From positions 96,001 to 160,000 of IMG/VR virus record IMGVR_UViG_3300031867_000005: a stretch of DNA of 64,000 nucleotides. One strand, written 5' to 3'. A program made the translations under genes and the position numbers. This document shows positions 23,273 through 33,683 of the stretch, in pieces. This stretch comes from a virus (lineage: Duplodnaviria > Caudoviricetes). Positions within the stretch are counted from its first letter, which is position 1; the number at the start of each line of letters is the position of its first letter. The notes under the pieces were generated by a model. That model made no database searches and was not told where the DNA came from. It worked only from the letters and a program-made list of their open reading frames with translations.

Positions 23273-23765
23273 AGAAGAAGCTGAAAGAAAATCGAAAGAA
23301 ACTTGGTATGATTTAAAATACCAATGGTGGTGCGGTTGGTGTGGAACAAGAGAGTTTGATTTTGCTAGCGATAATTATAACTCCCATTGTTTTGCTAGTG
23401 TAGACCCTAAGACTAATGAAGTAATTGGCTTGATGGGTTATGAAGTTGACTGGGCCGCTAAATCTACTTCTGGTTTCTATGCGGCCAGCTTCGATGAGAG
23501 CGGTCGTGCTATTTTTGCAAAAGATTTGTTGGAAATGATTGACGATATTTTCATGAAGTATGATTTTAAAAGAATGGAATGGCGTTGTTGGGCTGACAAT
23601 CCCGCAATTCGTGGGTATCGAAAGTTCTGTAAGAGGGTTGGCGGTAGAGAAGTCGGAACTCTTTATAGGGCTGGGATTTTGCTTGACGGACAAATTCACG
23701 ACAACGTTATCTTTGAATTGCTTCAAGAAGATTATTTGAAAGCTAAACAGGAGGAGAGAATTTGA
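23247..23765 (+). CDS. GNAT (RimJ/RimL-like) acetyltransferase
   Basis: NPAIRGYRKF..GGREVG..LDGQIHD. Confidence 0.65.
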   Translation: MLKNVKLYEEEAERKSKETWYDLKYQWWCGWCGTREFDFASDNYNSHCFASVDPKTNEVIGLMGYEVDWAAKSTSGFYAASFDESGRAIFAKDLLEMIDDIFMKYDFKRMEWRCWADNPAIRGYRKFCKRVGGREVGTLYRAGILLDGQIHDNVIFELLQEDYLKAKQEERI

Positions 23766-24301
23766 GTATTGTGGTAAACTTTTTTGGTGCACCTTGCAGT
23801 GGAAAAAGCTTTGGGGCTGCCTATGTTTTTAGTTTGTTGAAAACAGTTGGAGTTAACTGTGAACTTGTTACAGAATTTGCTAAAGATTTAGTGTGGGATG
23901 AAAATCAAATGGGCTTGAATTGTCAGGAGTATCTATTTGGTAATCAGTCCTATCGTTTGAGTCGCCTTAAAGATAAAGTTTCGGTTATCATAAGTGATTG
24001 TCCTCTTCTCCTTTGTTCTTTTTATAATAAAAACTCTGTTCTTGATAAGGATTTTGATAGTGTTGTAATGAAAGTTTTTAATTCCTATGATAATCTTAAC
24101 TATTTAGTAATGAGAAGTGGTGATTATAGTGAAGTAGGACGTATTCATACTAAAGAAGAAGCTGATAAAATCGGTGATGATTTGCAAGATTTTCTTGATA
24201 GCCGTAACATTCCTTATCATCATGGAATTGGAGAAATCCTATTCTATAATTCAATCGTTGAGGATGTATTGAATGAGTTGCAAAAGAGTGGTGGAGAATG
24301 A
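23762..24301 (+). CDS. P-loop nucleotide kinase (AAA_28/NadR-like)
   Basis: FFGAPCSGKS, TEFAKD, SDCPL. Confidence 0.75.
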   Translation: MSIVVNFFGAPCSGKSFGAAYVFSLLKTVGVNCELVTEFAKDLVWDENQMGLNCQEYLFGNQSYRLSRLKDKVSVIISDCPLLLCSFYNKNSVLDKDFDSVVMKVFNSYDNLNYLVMRSGDYSEVGRIHTKEEADKIGDDLQDFLDSRNIPYHHGIGEILFYNSIVEDVLNELQKSGGE

Positions 24302-24720
24302 TGGGAAATGAGTTTTTAACTAGTCAGTTTTTTAGAAAAGGGAATGATGCTCGTTTTAACGAAGTAATGGAATTTCTTACATCAATGAAAGAAAAAGCAG
24401 ATGAGTTAATGGAGGAGAATGATAGGTTAAAGCATAGGTCTGATGAAGATATTTTTGCTGAAAAGAATGCTATCATTGAGGAGCTAAGAAAAAAGCTTTC
24501 TGAGAAACAAAAAGTTTCTTGTTATGCCTTTACAGAAGAACAGCTTAAAGATTTTAATAATTGGTGGAAGTCTCATATTTCTGATCCTAAGATTCAGGAG
24601 AAAATGGCAAAGCTTAAAAATTCTGGACACCATCCAACTTATGAAATTACTCCAACTGAACTGGGATATTGGTATGGCATTAGATGTTCTTGTGGTGCAA
24701 ATTATGGAGAATTAGATTAA
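24298..24720 (+). CDS. Hypothetical protein
   Basis: 140-aa ORF coupled to its neighbours. Confidence 0.6.
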   Translation: MMGNEFLTSQFFRKGNDARFNEVMEFLTSMKEKADELMEENDRLKHRSDEDIFAEKNAIIEELRKKLSEKQKVSCYAFTEEQLKDFNNWWKSHISDPKIQEKMAKLKNSGHHPTYEITPTELGYWYGIRCSCGANYGELD

Positions 24721-25115
24721 TGGGAGCTATGGAATGGATTGTAATAATTGCATGGGGAACGATGATCTTAGGATTTATTCTCCATGCAATTTCTAATTAT
24801 TACATTTCAAATAGAAAGAAATTAAAGAAAAAAGACAATGCGAATGATAAGGAATATAACGAAGAAGATATGCAAAGGCTTTTAAAAATTCTAAAGTAGA
24901 AAGAAAAGAGAGAGGAAGATGAATGGACTGAATCTTGGGTAAAGACTGAGAAAGAAATTAGTAAGGAAATTGATGAATATGAAAGAAGTAGGAAGGAAAG
25001 ATTAGAAAAGGTAAAAGTTTCATGTGATAAATTAGAGAAGGGCACAGAACAAGATTGTCTTTCTTGTATTGAAAGATTAAATAAAATGAGAGAAAATGAA
25101 AATAAAGATAATTGA
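24720..25115 (+). CDS. Membrane-anchored coiled-coil protein (one TAG)
   Basis: ATG 24720, N-terminal TM segment, frame open through TAG 24897 to TGA 25115. Confidence 0.55.
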
Positions 25116-25190
25116 CTTTTCTTATATTTTATTATATAATATATATAGAAAATGTGTTTAATACAATTTAAATTTATGGAGGAAAAAGAA

Positions 25191-25448
25191 ATGAGAGTTA
25201 GAATTTATTTGACAACCAACAAAGATTGTGTAAGTTTTTGTGATACTGTTAAGTCTTTGGGTATTAACGGTGAGCTTGTAAATGAGAATGGACGCTATAG
25301 AGTATCTGCGGCGAGCCTAATGGGATGTTTAATGGCATCTGCTGAATGGGGAGATACTATTTACTTCGAATGTGAAGAGGATAAGTATAGTGAATTTGAA
25401 CCTTGGATTGCTGTAGAAGCTGATGATGCAGCAAATATTCATTGTTGA
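25191..25448 (+). CDS. HPr-like protein
   Basis: RYRVSAASLMG resembles the HPr vdAkSimg motif. Confidence 0.55.
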   Translation: MRVRIYLTTNKDCVSFCDTVKSLGINGELVNENGRYRVSAASLMGCLMASAEWGDTIYFECEEDKYSEFEPWIAVEADDAANIHC

Positions 25449-25456
25449 GGTGAAAT

Positions 25457-26368
25457 ATGGAAGTATTAAGCTTATTTGATGGTATTTCAACTGGAAGACT
25501 AGCCTTACAAAAGGCTAATGTTTTAGTTGAGAATTATGCGGCATTTGAAATTAATCCTTTTGCAATTGAGGTATCTAAAAAGAATTGGCTCGATATTGAG
25601 CATTATGGAGATGTGACTAAAAATGATTTTAAAGATTTTATTGGTTACGACCTTTTAATTGGCGGAAGCCCTTGCCAAAGTTTAAGTAGTGCAAATGTTT
25701 ATCTAAAAGATGGGGAATATGGGGTTGAGGGAACTGGGAAAAGTAGACTTTTTTGGGAATATGTAAGAGCTATGAAAATTGTAAAGCCTAAATTTTTTCT
25801 TTTTGAAAATGTTGCATCTATGGCAAAGAAAGATAGAGAAATTATAACGAAAGAATTAGGGGTAAAACCAGTTAAAATTAATTCTTTAATCTTTTCGGCT
25901 TAGGTTCGAAATAGATTATATTGGACAAATATTCCTTTTAAAAAACCAACAGAAAGAATTGTAAATTATGAATTAAAAGACATATTAGAAGAAAAAGTAT
26001 TAGATAGATATTATTTGAAATAGGGAACATTAGACTTTATTACAAGACCATCAAACAATTATAATAATGGAAAGTTAGAAATTAATCCTATTTATGCACG
26101 TCCAATTACAGCTAGTATGTGGAGAACTCATAAAGCTGATGCAGATACGTATGTTAGCACAGAATATAAACCAGAAGGAAGAACCAATGTTAGAAAAATA
26201 ACTCCAGTAGAGGCTGAAAGGCTTCAAAATCTTCCTGATAATTACACTTATTTGAGTAATTATTCAATTCCTCAAAATGATAAGAATAGATATGAATGTA
26301 TTGGCAATGGTTGGACTGCTGATGTTATTGCCTATATTTTTAATGGGTTAAAGGAGGAAAAAGAATGA
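25457..26368 (+). CDS. C5-cytosine DNA methyltransferase (2 TAG read as Gln)
   Basis: LSLFDG, GGSPCQ, FENV, SA*VRNRLYWTN (family consensus SAQxRxRxYW), EAERLQ, IGNGW. Confidence 0.9.
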
Positions 26369-27114
26369 CTTATCAAGGCGGTAAACAAAAATTTATTAAG
26401 GTAATTGTCCCCTATATTAATCAATATATCAAAGACCATAACATAGAAAACTTCTATGATATGTGTTGCGGCGGCTTCAATGTTGGAAGTAATGTTGAAT
26501 GTAAGAACATTTATGGCAATGACTTGTCTCCTACTCTAATTGCTTTACTAAAGCAAGCACAAGAAGATTTTAGTAAAATTTGTCTTAACGAAAGTAGAGA
26601 GCAGTGGGATAGATGCTATTCTGAATATAAAAAGATTAGAAGTAATAATTTTGAAGGAAGTGAAATTCCTCTAGCTGAAATTGGAGCTTGTGAATGGCTA
26701 TGCAGTTATAGTGGACGTGGATTTCCTGGTGGCTATGGGGTTATAAGCAGGGGCCGCAGTCAATTCAGCGAACGATTAAGAAATTTAGAAAGACAAAGTA
26801 AACTGGAAGGTTTTAAAAAGGCAATTTTTACTTGTAAAAGTTATGAGGAAATTGAAATCCTACCTAACAGTTTACTTTATTTTGATGCCCCTTATCAAGG
26901 AGTTAAGCCTTATGGTATAAGTCCGCATTTTAACTATACTGAATATTATAATTTTTTAATGCAAACTGCTAAAAAATTTCCCATTTTTATTAGTGAACAG
27001 TCAATTCCAGACGACATTCCAGCTCAGGTGATTTGGAGAAGAGAAGTCAATAGAGATATTGGAAAAGGTTTTAAAGCTCAAGAGACCTTATATTTTTTAG
27101 ACTTAAGAAAGTGA
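26365..27114 (+). CDS. Dam-like (D12 class) adenine methyltransferase
   Basis: YQGGK, DMCCGG, NDL, YFDAPY. Confidence 0.8.
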   Translation: MTYQGGKQKFIKVIVPYINQYIKDHNIENFYDMCCGGFNVGSNVECKNIYGNDLSPTLIALLKQAQEDFSKICLNESREQWDRCYSEYKKIRSNNFEGSEIPLAEIGACEWLCSYSGRGFPGGYGVISRGRSQFSERLRNLERQSKLEGFKKAIFTCKSYEEIEILPNSLLYFDAPYQGVKPYGISPHFNYTEYYNFLMQTAKKFPIFISEQSIPDDIPAQVIWRREVNRDIGKGFKAQETLYFLDLRK

Positions 27115-27121
27115 GGAAAAT

Positions 27122-27586
27122 ATGGAGATAATTAAAGGAAACGTTTTGGAGACGAATTGTAATGTAATAGCCCATCAAGTAAATTGTATGGGAGTTATGG
27201 GGGCTGGATTGGCAAAACAAATTAAACAAGAATATCCAGAGGTGTTCTTAAAATACAAAGAATTTATTAAGGAGAATGGAGCTTCCAAAGTATATGGACG
27301 AGCACTTGGAGTTAAGACTTCTAACTATTTATTTTTCAATCTTTTTGGACAATATGGATATGGAAGAAGTAGACAGCAGACCTCTTATAAACATTTAGAA
27401 TCTGCTTTAGAAGAAATGGGAGATATTTTAAAAGAGAGTTATAAGTGTGGAGGACAAGTTCCTGTAGCAATTCCTTATAAGATTGGATGCGGGCTTGCTG
27501 GTGGAGAATGGGAAGTAGTTAGTCAAATATTGGAGAAAGTTGAGAAAAGAAAGGGATTTTTGTTTATTGCATATCAATTAAAATAA
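27122..27586 (+). CDS. Macro domain protein (ADP-ribose hydrolase)
   Basis: HQVNCMGVMGAGLA, PYKIGCGLAGGEW. Confidence 0.85.
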   Translation: MEIIKGNVLETNCNVIAHQVNCMGVMGAGLAKQIKQEYPEVFLKYKEFIKENGASKVYGRALGVKTSNYLFFNLFGQYGYGRSRQQTSYKHLESALEEMGDILKESYKCGGQVPVAIPYKIGCGLAGGEWEVVSQILEKVEKRKGFLFIAYQLK

Positions 27587-27663
27587 TTGACTTTTTATAA
27601 AAAATATTATATAATTATTATAGAAAGTTTAAAATGATATAAAAAAGATTGGAGTGATTTTAA

Positions 27664-27969
27664 ATGAAAATAACTCCCGAAATTGCAGAGAGGATAAATG
27701 AATTATATGTTGAGATTGGAGTAAAGAAAAAGGTAGCAGAAATTATAGGATGTTCACCTTCTACTGTTAGTAAATATATAATTCCAAATTTTATTCCAAA
27801 GACTCAGCGGCCAGCCTATACTTTTGAAGGAACTATAGGAAATTCAGAATGGATGATTAGTCTCCTTGAAATGATTGATAATCCAGCTCAAAAACTTTGT
27901 GAGCTTTGTATGCTTAAAGATGAGGAATGGGATGAGATGAGAGAACTTCAAAAAGAAATTTATCTTTGA
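27664..27969 (+). CDS. HTH protein
   Basis: KKKVAEIIGCSPSTVSKY. Confidence 0.65.
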   Translation: MKITPEIAERINELYVEIGVKKKVAEIIGCSPSTVSKYIIPNFIPKTQRPAYTFEGTIGNSEWMISLLEMIDNPAQKLCELCMLKDEEWDEMRELQKEIYL

Positions 27970-27993
27970 TTGTTTATTAAGGGAGGATTAAGA

Positions 27994-28296
27994 ATGAAAT
28001 TTATACCTGTATCTAATTGGGATGAATCGTATTGGAAAGTTGGTATGGATGATTTTACTTGGGCTGAGTATAAAAATTTTTGTGGTTGTTCTTATAATGT
28101 TCTACCAGCTCGTCTTTTGCAAATGGAATATCCTAGTTATTTGAAATATCTCCGTTCATTGGGAGCTGATTTAAGAGGTAATGTAGGGTATGTATATGCA
28201 ACCTTTAAAGATAAAAAAACTGTTGAAGAACTTTGTAAAAGATTAAATAAAGAGTGGAGTAAAATCAAGATTTATATAGAAGGAGAAGGAGAATAA
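27994..28296 (+). CDS. Hypothetical protein
   Basis: RBS GGAGG and ORF. Confidence 0.55.
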   Translation: MKFIPVSNWDESYWKVGMDDFTWAEYKNFCGCSYNVLPARLLQMEYPSYLKYLRSLGADLRGNVGYVYATFKDKKTVEELCKRLNKEWSKIKIYIEGEGE

Positions 28297-28537
28297 AAAT
28301 GGATAATAATGTATCATATAAAGTTTATGGTATTAATAGAGAAGGAAAAAAGGAACTAATTGGTTCATATAGTGAGCCATTTGATGCTCATGAAGCGGCA
28401 ATGAGATGGACAAAAATGTTTCAAACAATGCAAATTGAAAAGGTGTCAAAGAAAAATCAAATTATTTGATAAAATACTTAACTTTATTACTTTTATTTTA
28501 GGCAAAATTTGCCTAATTTTTAAAAGGAGGGATAAAA

Positions 28538-28786
28538 ATGGCAAATACTTTTGAATGGGATGCTGAAAAAGGTTGTTATAAGACTATTGTTGAGGCTGGC
28601 GGAACTCCAACTTATTTTGACGTTGTTGGTGGAAAAATTTATGCTCGTCCAGAAGAACCTTTTCTTAATGAAAGCAATTCTTATAATACTAAAACTCGTA
28701 TTAGTAAGCAAGAACTTTACGGTTCAGCAGATGTTAAGTCTCATGAGGTCATGCTTGAAGAAATCGAAAGAGCTAATGGAGACTAA
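28538..28786 (+). CDS. Hypothetical protein
   Basis: Strong RBS; followed by the terminator-like hairpin GAGGGGT...ACCCCTT at ~28805-28830. Confidence 0.6.
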   Translation: MANTFEWDAEKGCYKTIVEAGGTPTYFDVVGGKIYARPEEPFLNESNSYNTKTRISKQELYGSADVKSHEVMLEEIERANGD

Positions 28787-28850
28787 GCTCTATTTCACAT
28801 TTGAGAGGGGTTAATTACCCCTTTCTTTTATTTTAAGGAGGATTAGTGTA

Positions 28851-30344
28851 ATGAAGAAATTACTTTGTTTATTTACAAGTCTTTTAATGATTGGAATGTT
28901 TATGCCTTTAAAGGTTTTCTCAGAAGAAGGAATTGATTTACTGAATTATACAGATAAAGGAGAAATATTGGGAGTCGCTTCTGCATTTTCCATTTTTGTG
29001 GAAGAAGATTTCGGAGCTAATGGTTGTGATTGTGAGGGGCGCATTTATGCGGGTCACAGTGCCAATGTAGGGGAGAGTAGGTATTATAGCACTATATATG
29101 ATAATGGAGCTAGTGTTGTAATTGGAGATGGAATTTTAAGTAATTTTGATACAGGTCATAGAATTTTTGTTTATGGAACTCATGGTACAAATTTATTAGA
29201 GGGCGGCCAAGTCTATCAAGCTGACCTTTTTGATAAGGAAGAAACTTTCAGACAGTTAAAAAGAAAAAGTATTGAACTTTCTTATTATAAAGCCGGAGAG
29301 ATAAGAGTTAATGAAAATTGGAGTTCTCAAATTGACTTTATTGGAGAAGACCCTAAACTCAATGTCTTTAATTTAGACCCCAATGTGATTACTTCTTGTA
29401 ATTATTTCTTTAATTATGATGTTCCAGAGGGGTCATATGTAGTTGTAAATGTAAGCGGAAAAGAGAACACAGCTTACACGCAACTTTATGGAATGCAATA
29501 TGCGGGTCATCGTTCTACAAATAATAAAGATGAAATAAATAAAAGAATTCTTTTTAATTACTATGATACTGATAATTTGATACTCGCTGGCACAGGAACT
29601 TTTTATGGAACAATTCTAGCACCTTTTGCAAACGTAACTGATGATATTATTGAGGGGACACACTATACTGGAGGAATTATTGCTAAAAATTATTTAGGTG
29701 GTGTAGAATGGGGTAATTGTACTTTCGATGGAGGTGATAACTATAATGAAGTTATTAAAACAGAAGAAACTACTACTGCCATTTTTACTTCCAATACTCC
29801 AGCTAACACCACATCAGTATGTTCAACAGAGAGTAAAGGAACTACAGTTGGAGAATCAGCTACTAATACTAAAAATACAACCATTACTACACAAAGAGAG
29901 AAATATTCTACTACAATTACAACTTCAACAACAACAGATTTACCTATTACTTCAACAACCTCAGGAAATACTACAGAAACTTTCAAAAGGTCAGAAGTAT
30001 ATAATTCAACAACAGGAACAGAAACCACAAGATTCAGAACTACCTCTGGACTTAGAAGTAGCACAGAAACAACTCAAACTATTAGACCAAATAATGACAC
30101 GGCCGCAGCCAGTTCAACTAGTAGAGAAACCATCAGAATTGGAACTGATACAACAGAGACATCAACGTCTATTTCAACAGTGGCTACAATTACAGAAACA
30201 AATTCAAATGATAGTGAAGTAAGGAAGAATGGCGCGGCCGCCTCTGATTCTACTCGTATGCCTGCAAAAACAGAGGATAGAATTATCTTTGTGGGAATTG
30301 CGTTATTGATTGCGATTGTGGGATTGTTTATTACTAAGAAATGA
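28851..30344 (+). CDS. Cell-surface protein: signal peptide, choice-of-anchor-A-like domain, Thr/Ser stalk, sortase-like signal with TM
   Basis: DCEGRIYAG, VVVNVSG, ILFNY, GTILAPFA, GGIIA; C-terminal MPAKT, hydrophobic helix, KK. Confidence 0.75.
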   Translation: MKKLLCLFTSLLMIGMFMPLKVFSEEGIDLLNYTDKGEILGVASAFSIFVEEDFGANGCDCEGRIYAGHSANVGESRYYSTIYDNGASVVIGDGILSNFDTGHRIFVYGTHGTNLLEGGQVYQADLFDKEETFRQLKRKSIELSYYKAGEIRVNENWSSQIDFIGEDPKLNVFNLDPNVITSCNYFFNYDVPEGSYVVVNVSGKENTAYTQLYGMQYAGHRSTNNKDEINKRILFNYYDTDNLILAGTGTFYGTILAPFANVTDDIIEGTHYTGGIIAKNYLGGVEWGNCTFDGGDNYNEVIKTEETTTAIFTSNTPANTTSVCSTESKGTTVGESATNTKNTTITTQREKYSTTITTSTTTDLPITSTTSGNTTETFKRSEVYNSTTGTETTRFRTTSGLRSSTETTQTIRPNNDTAAASSTSRETIRIGTDTTETSTSISTVATITETNSNDSEVRKNGAAASDSTRMPAKTEDRIIFVGIALLIAIVGLFITKK

Positions 30345-30431
30345 TTAGGAAAGTCAAAGGCGAAATAAGTCTTTGACTTTTTTTTGTTTTTTATTATATA
30401 ATATAATAGTGATGAGGAAGAGATTGATTTG

Positions 30432-30528
30432 TTTGCTAAAAATTAAAAGTGAGCCATGAAATGGCGAACCAGCCCGCTTCCGCGCTGCTGCGGAAGCCTT
30501 TTCTGTTTACTCTTTCGGAAAAGAGTAA
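30432..30528 (+). repeat. 97-bp GC-rich three-hairpin element, copy 1
   Basis: 95/97 identical to 33404-33500; hairpins GCCAT/ATGGC, GCTTCCGC/GCGGAAGC, TTACTCTTT/AAAGAGTAA. Confidence 0.95.
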
Positions 30529-30534
30529 ATAAAT

Positions 30535-30643
30535 ATTATACAAAACTGAACAACCCATTATACTTTTTTGAACAACTCATTATACTTTTTTGAACAGTTC
30601 ATTATACTTTTTTTAACACCTATTATACTTTTTTGAACAATTT
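30535..30643 (+). repeat. Iteron-like 21-22-bp direct repeats, 5 copies (ATTATACTTTTTTGAACA)
   Basis: Direct repeats at two-helical-turn spacing upstream of an HTH gene. Confidence 0.85.
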
Positions 30644-30727
30644 ATGAAATTGTTCAGGACTGAACATTTTAGAGAAATAAGAGATAAGTAATACTTTAAA
30701 GTAGAATTAGTAAAAGAGGTGAAAATA

Positions 30728-31411
30728 ATGAAAAATGTTCGAGTTATGTCTTCTGACTATACTCATAAAATAGAAAAATTATCTGTAAAGCAATGGCTGG
30801 TGTATTATTATTTAATGTCCATTTGTAAATGGAATGGAGTGGATAATGAAAGACATTATTACATATATAAGAATACTTTGAATGTAAGCGCCGCCGCACG
30901 ATTATTGTCGATTAGTAGAACAACTTTTTATAAGGCTTTAGAAAATTTAAGGGAGATGTTTATTTTAGAAGAGTTTGATAAATACTATATCGTTAAAATT
31001 CCTCAAACGTATGCAGCAGTTGATTAGAAGACACTTAGTTTTTTACTTCAATATCAAAAATTTTTAGGAGTAGAGCTAATAAGGACTTATGTAATATTAA
31101 GCAGGATTTATTAGCATCAAGAATTAGAGCAGTGGTTTAATAAAGCGACTTTAATTTCTATTCTTGACCATAGCATTACTGACACTTCTTATTATGCTTA
31201 GGTAGAACTTTATTTAGGATTCCTGTCTTATTGGAAGTTAGTAAATCTTAAGATTGAAAAGAGAAATGACAATACAGGAAGGCATAAGTATTATAAGGTT
31301 AAAGAGATTAATAGAATTGAAGAAATAACAGACTTCGAAATTGAAACTACTGCCCCAATAAATAAAGAATTAGTAGATAAAATAAAAAAAGAAATAACAG
31401 ATTTTTTTTAA
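30728..31411 (+). CDS. HTH replication-initiator-like protein A (3 TAG)
   Basis: KQWLVYYYL...NVSAAARLLSISRTTFYKAL; open to TAA 31411; paralog of 33684. Confidence 0.7.
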
Positions 31412-31473
31412 TAAATAATTGACTTACCTTAAAAAATATGTTATACTAATTATAGTAAAGGGGGTAAAATAAA

Positions 31474-31767
31474 ATGAAATTCCACAAGGGAACTTTTTCA
31501 ATCCAAAAAGAAAACATACAAGGCAAGAGAAGTCTCGAAACAGTAATCGGTTGGATAGAAGAAACAAATTCTTACGGCTTCGACAACAGGAACGGAGAAT
31601 GGATTGCAACAGACCTTAACAGTGGCGTTATCCTTACAAAAGGTAAAACAAGAAAAGAATGTGTAGCTTGGATTGAGGAGAACTTAGCACTAATTAAGCT
31701 TCAAAAAACCAAACCACGTTATCGAGACCATGTTTCAAGCTTTAAGAAATTAAAAGGAGGAAATTAA
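31474..31767 (+). CDS. Hypothetical protein, paralog of 61021-61350
   Basis: Shared GWIxExNxYGF..WxATDLxSG..TRxxCVxWIE. Confidence 0.65.
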   Translation: MKFHKGTFSIQKENIQGKRSLETVIGWIEETNSYGFDNRNGEWIATDLNSGVILTKGKTRKECVAWIEENLALIKLQKTKPRYRDHVSSFKKLKGGN

Positions 31768-31769
31768 GT

Positions 31770-32669
31770 ATGGTTACTTTCATAATGGCTGTGGGAATTG
31801 CAGGAAGTGGAAAAGACTATCTCTACGCACATCATTACCTTTTACAACCAGAATATAAAGACCTCGTAATGGTTTCTTCTGATAACATTAGAGAAACTAT
31901 ATTCGGGGACATTAATGACCAAGCTCATAATAAGGAAGTCTTTGAAATTATGAGACAGCAAGCTCTTAAACTTTTAAAACAGGGGATTAGTGTTTATTAT
32001 AATGCTACCAACTTATCTTCTAAAAGACGAATCAATTTCTTAAAGGAAGTTTCTAAGATTCCTAATGTTAAAAAAATTTGTGCATTAAATGTGCCGCCCT
32101 TTGAAAAAGTTAAAGAACGTAATGCTGGTAGAATAAGAAAAGTTCCAGAAGAAGTTATTGAAAAAATGCTTAGAAAGTTCCAGCCGCCGCACCAATCGGA
32201 AGGATGGGATGAGATTGAAGTCTTTGGAAAAGACATGGACGGTCAAAAGACTTACGACATCGTTGCTACGGCAAATAAAATTCCTCACGATAATCCCAAT
32301 CACACTCTAACAATTGGCAAACATATGTATCAAGCTTATTTCTATGGTATTAGACAGGGGTTGCCACTTGACGTATGTGAGGCCGCATTGTGTCATGATG
32401 TAGGGAAGCCGCACTGCAAATCTTTTTATGATTATCGTGGAAGAAAAACTCGTAAGGCTCATTATTATTCTCATGATAGTGTCGGGGCATATATTTATTT
32501 ATCCCATTCCAATGGACTTGAACAAGATATAACTGTCGCCAATTTAATTGCTCATCATATGGATTTTTTTAAAGGGGAAAAATGTCTAACAAAAATCAAA
32601 AACCAATATGGAGAAGAGTTCTATAAAAAACTCGAACAGCTTCACGAAGCAGACATTAATGCTCATTAA
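31770..32669 (+). CDS. Polynucleotide kinase (AAA_33) fused to HD phosphohydrolase; RNA end-healing enzyme
   Basis: VGIAGSGK, SSDNIR, NATNL, RNAGRIRKVP; C-terminal HTLTIGKH, CHDVGKP, HYYSHD, HHM, LHEAD. Confidence 0.85.
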   Translation: MVTFIMAVGIAGSGKDYLYAHHYLLQPEYKDLVMVSSDNIRETIFGDINDQAHNKEVFEIMRQQALKLLKQGISVYYNATNLSSKRRINFLKEVSKIPNVKKICALNVPPFEKVKERNAGRIRKVPEEVIEKMLRKFQPPHQSEGWDEIEVFGKDMDGQKTYDIVATANKIPHDNPNHTLTIGKHMYQAYFYGIRQGLPLDVCEAALCHDVGKPHCKSFYDYRGRKTRKAHYYSHDSVGAYIYLSHSNGLEQDITVANLIAHHMDFFKGEKCLTKIKNQYGEEFYKKLEQLHEADINAH

Positions 32670-32768
32670 AAACTTGAAGAACTTTTTCTTGATAATTACT
32701 TAATAAAGGAGAGAAAATCTTAAAGGCACTTTCAGTAGTGCCTAATTTTATATAAAGGAGGTAAGATT

Positions 32769-33314
32769 ATGCCTAATAACGAACTTATTTATCCAGCTGA
32801 TTTGGCTCATAGAGATGGTTGTTGTGAAGTAAGACCAAGCACAAATACTTGTGGTTGCCCAAATGGTATCTATTGGATGCCGCCTCCACCAATGGATTAT
32901 CCCCCTGTCTTTCCATCAGTTCCTCCTTATCCAAATCCTAATCCATTTTCATACCCGCATCCCTGTCCTTGTCCTTCTGAAGAAATTCCAGTTAAAAAGA
33001 CTTCGATTGAAGGAAAAATTTGTAAGCTTTCAAAGAAAGCGGCCGCAGTCAATCGTATGATTGAAAATCTTGAAACTAAGAAAAAGGACTTTATTCTTAA
33101 AGCTGGGGATACAAGCTATAATTTTGGGAATGTTGATTTAGAGGTTGAGAATTGGGAAGATGGAAGCTATGCAGATACAGCTCTTAAAGTTTTAAAATTT
33201 GAGCTTTCTTTAATTAAGACAAAAATTGCAGATTTGTCTACATAGCTTGGAGAAGAAATTGATGATTCTGGTGGAACTGAGGGAACAGCTGCTGGAGATA
33301 CAACTGACCCGTAA
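32769..33314 (+). CDS. Pro/Cys-rich hypothetical protein (one TAG)
   Basis: ORF extends through TAG 33243 to TAA 33314, followed by a terminator. Confidence 0.6.
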
Positions 33315-33403
33315 GTTAGAGAAAAGTCAAAGCGAATTACTGCTTTGACTTTTTTCTTTTTTTATTATATAATATGATAGTAAGGGAAATAAAAATTGGT
33401 TGT

Positions 33404-33500
33404 TTTGCTAAAGATTAAAAGTGAGCCATGAAATGGCGAACCAGCCCGCTTCCGCGCTGCTGCGGAAGCCTTTTCTGCTTACTCTTTCGGAAAAGAGTAA
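33404..33500 (+). repeat. 97-bp GC-rich three-hairpin element, copy 2
   Basis: Near-identical to 30432-30528. Confidence 0.95.
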
Positions 33501-33506
33501 GATAAA

Positions 33507-33613
33507 TATTATCAAACTTTAGACAGTTCCATAACAAATTTTAGATAACTCCATAACAAATTTTAGACGCCCCCATAACAAATTTTAGATAGTCCATAAC
33601 AAATTTTAGATAC
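33507..33613 (+). repeat. Iteron-like 21-22-bp direct repeats, 5 copies (CCATAACAAATTTTAGA)
   Basis: Direct repeats with a different sequence from the 30535 array. Confidence 0.85.
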
Positions 33614-33683
33614 CGTATCGAAAAGATTATTTTTTTAGATTAAAAATTTTCTCTTTCTACTTATTAAATGGAGGTGATTAAGA

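Noticed and set aside
29728-30222. Gln/Leu-rich alternative-frame ORF
   Set aside because: By-product of the ACA/ACT-rich Thr stalk in the surface-protein gene.
30535-33613. CRISPR arrays
   Set aside because: Repeats are nearly contiguous 21-22-mers with no unique spacers, and there are no cas genes.
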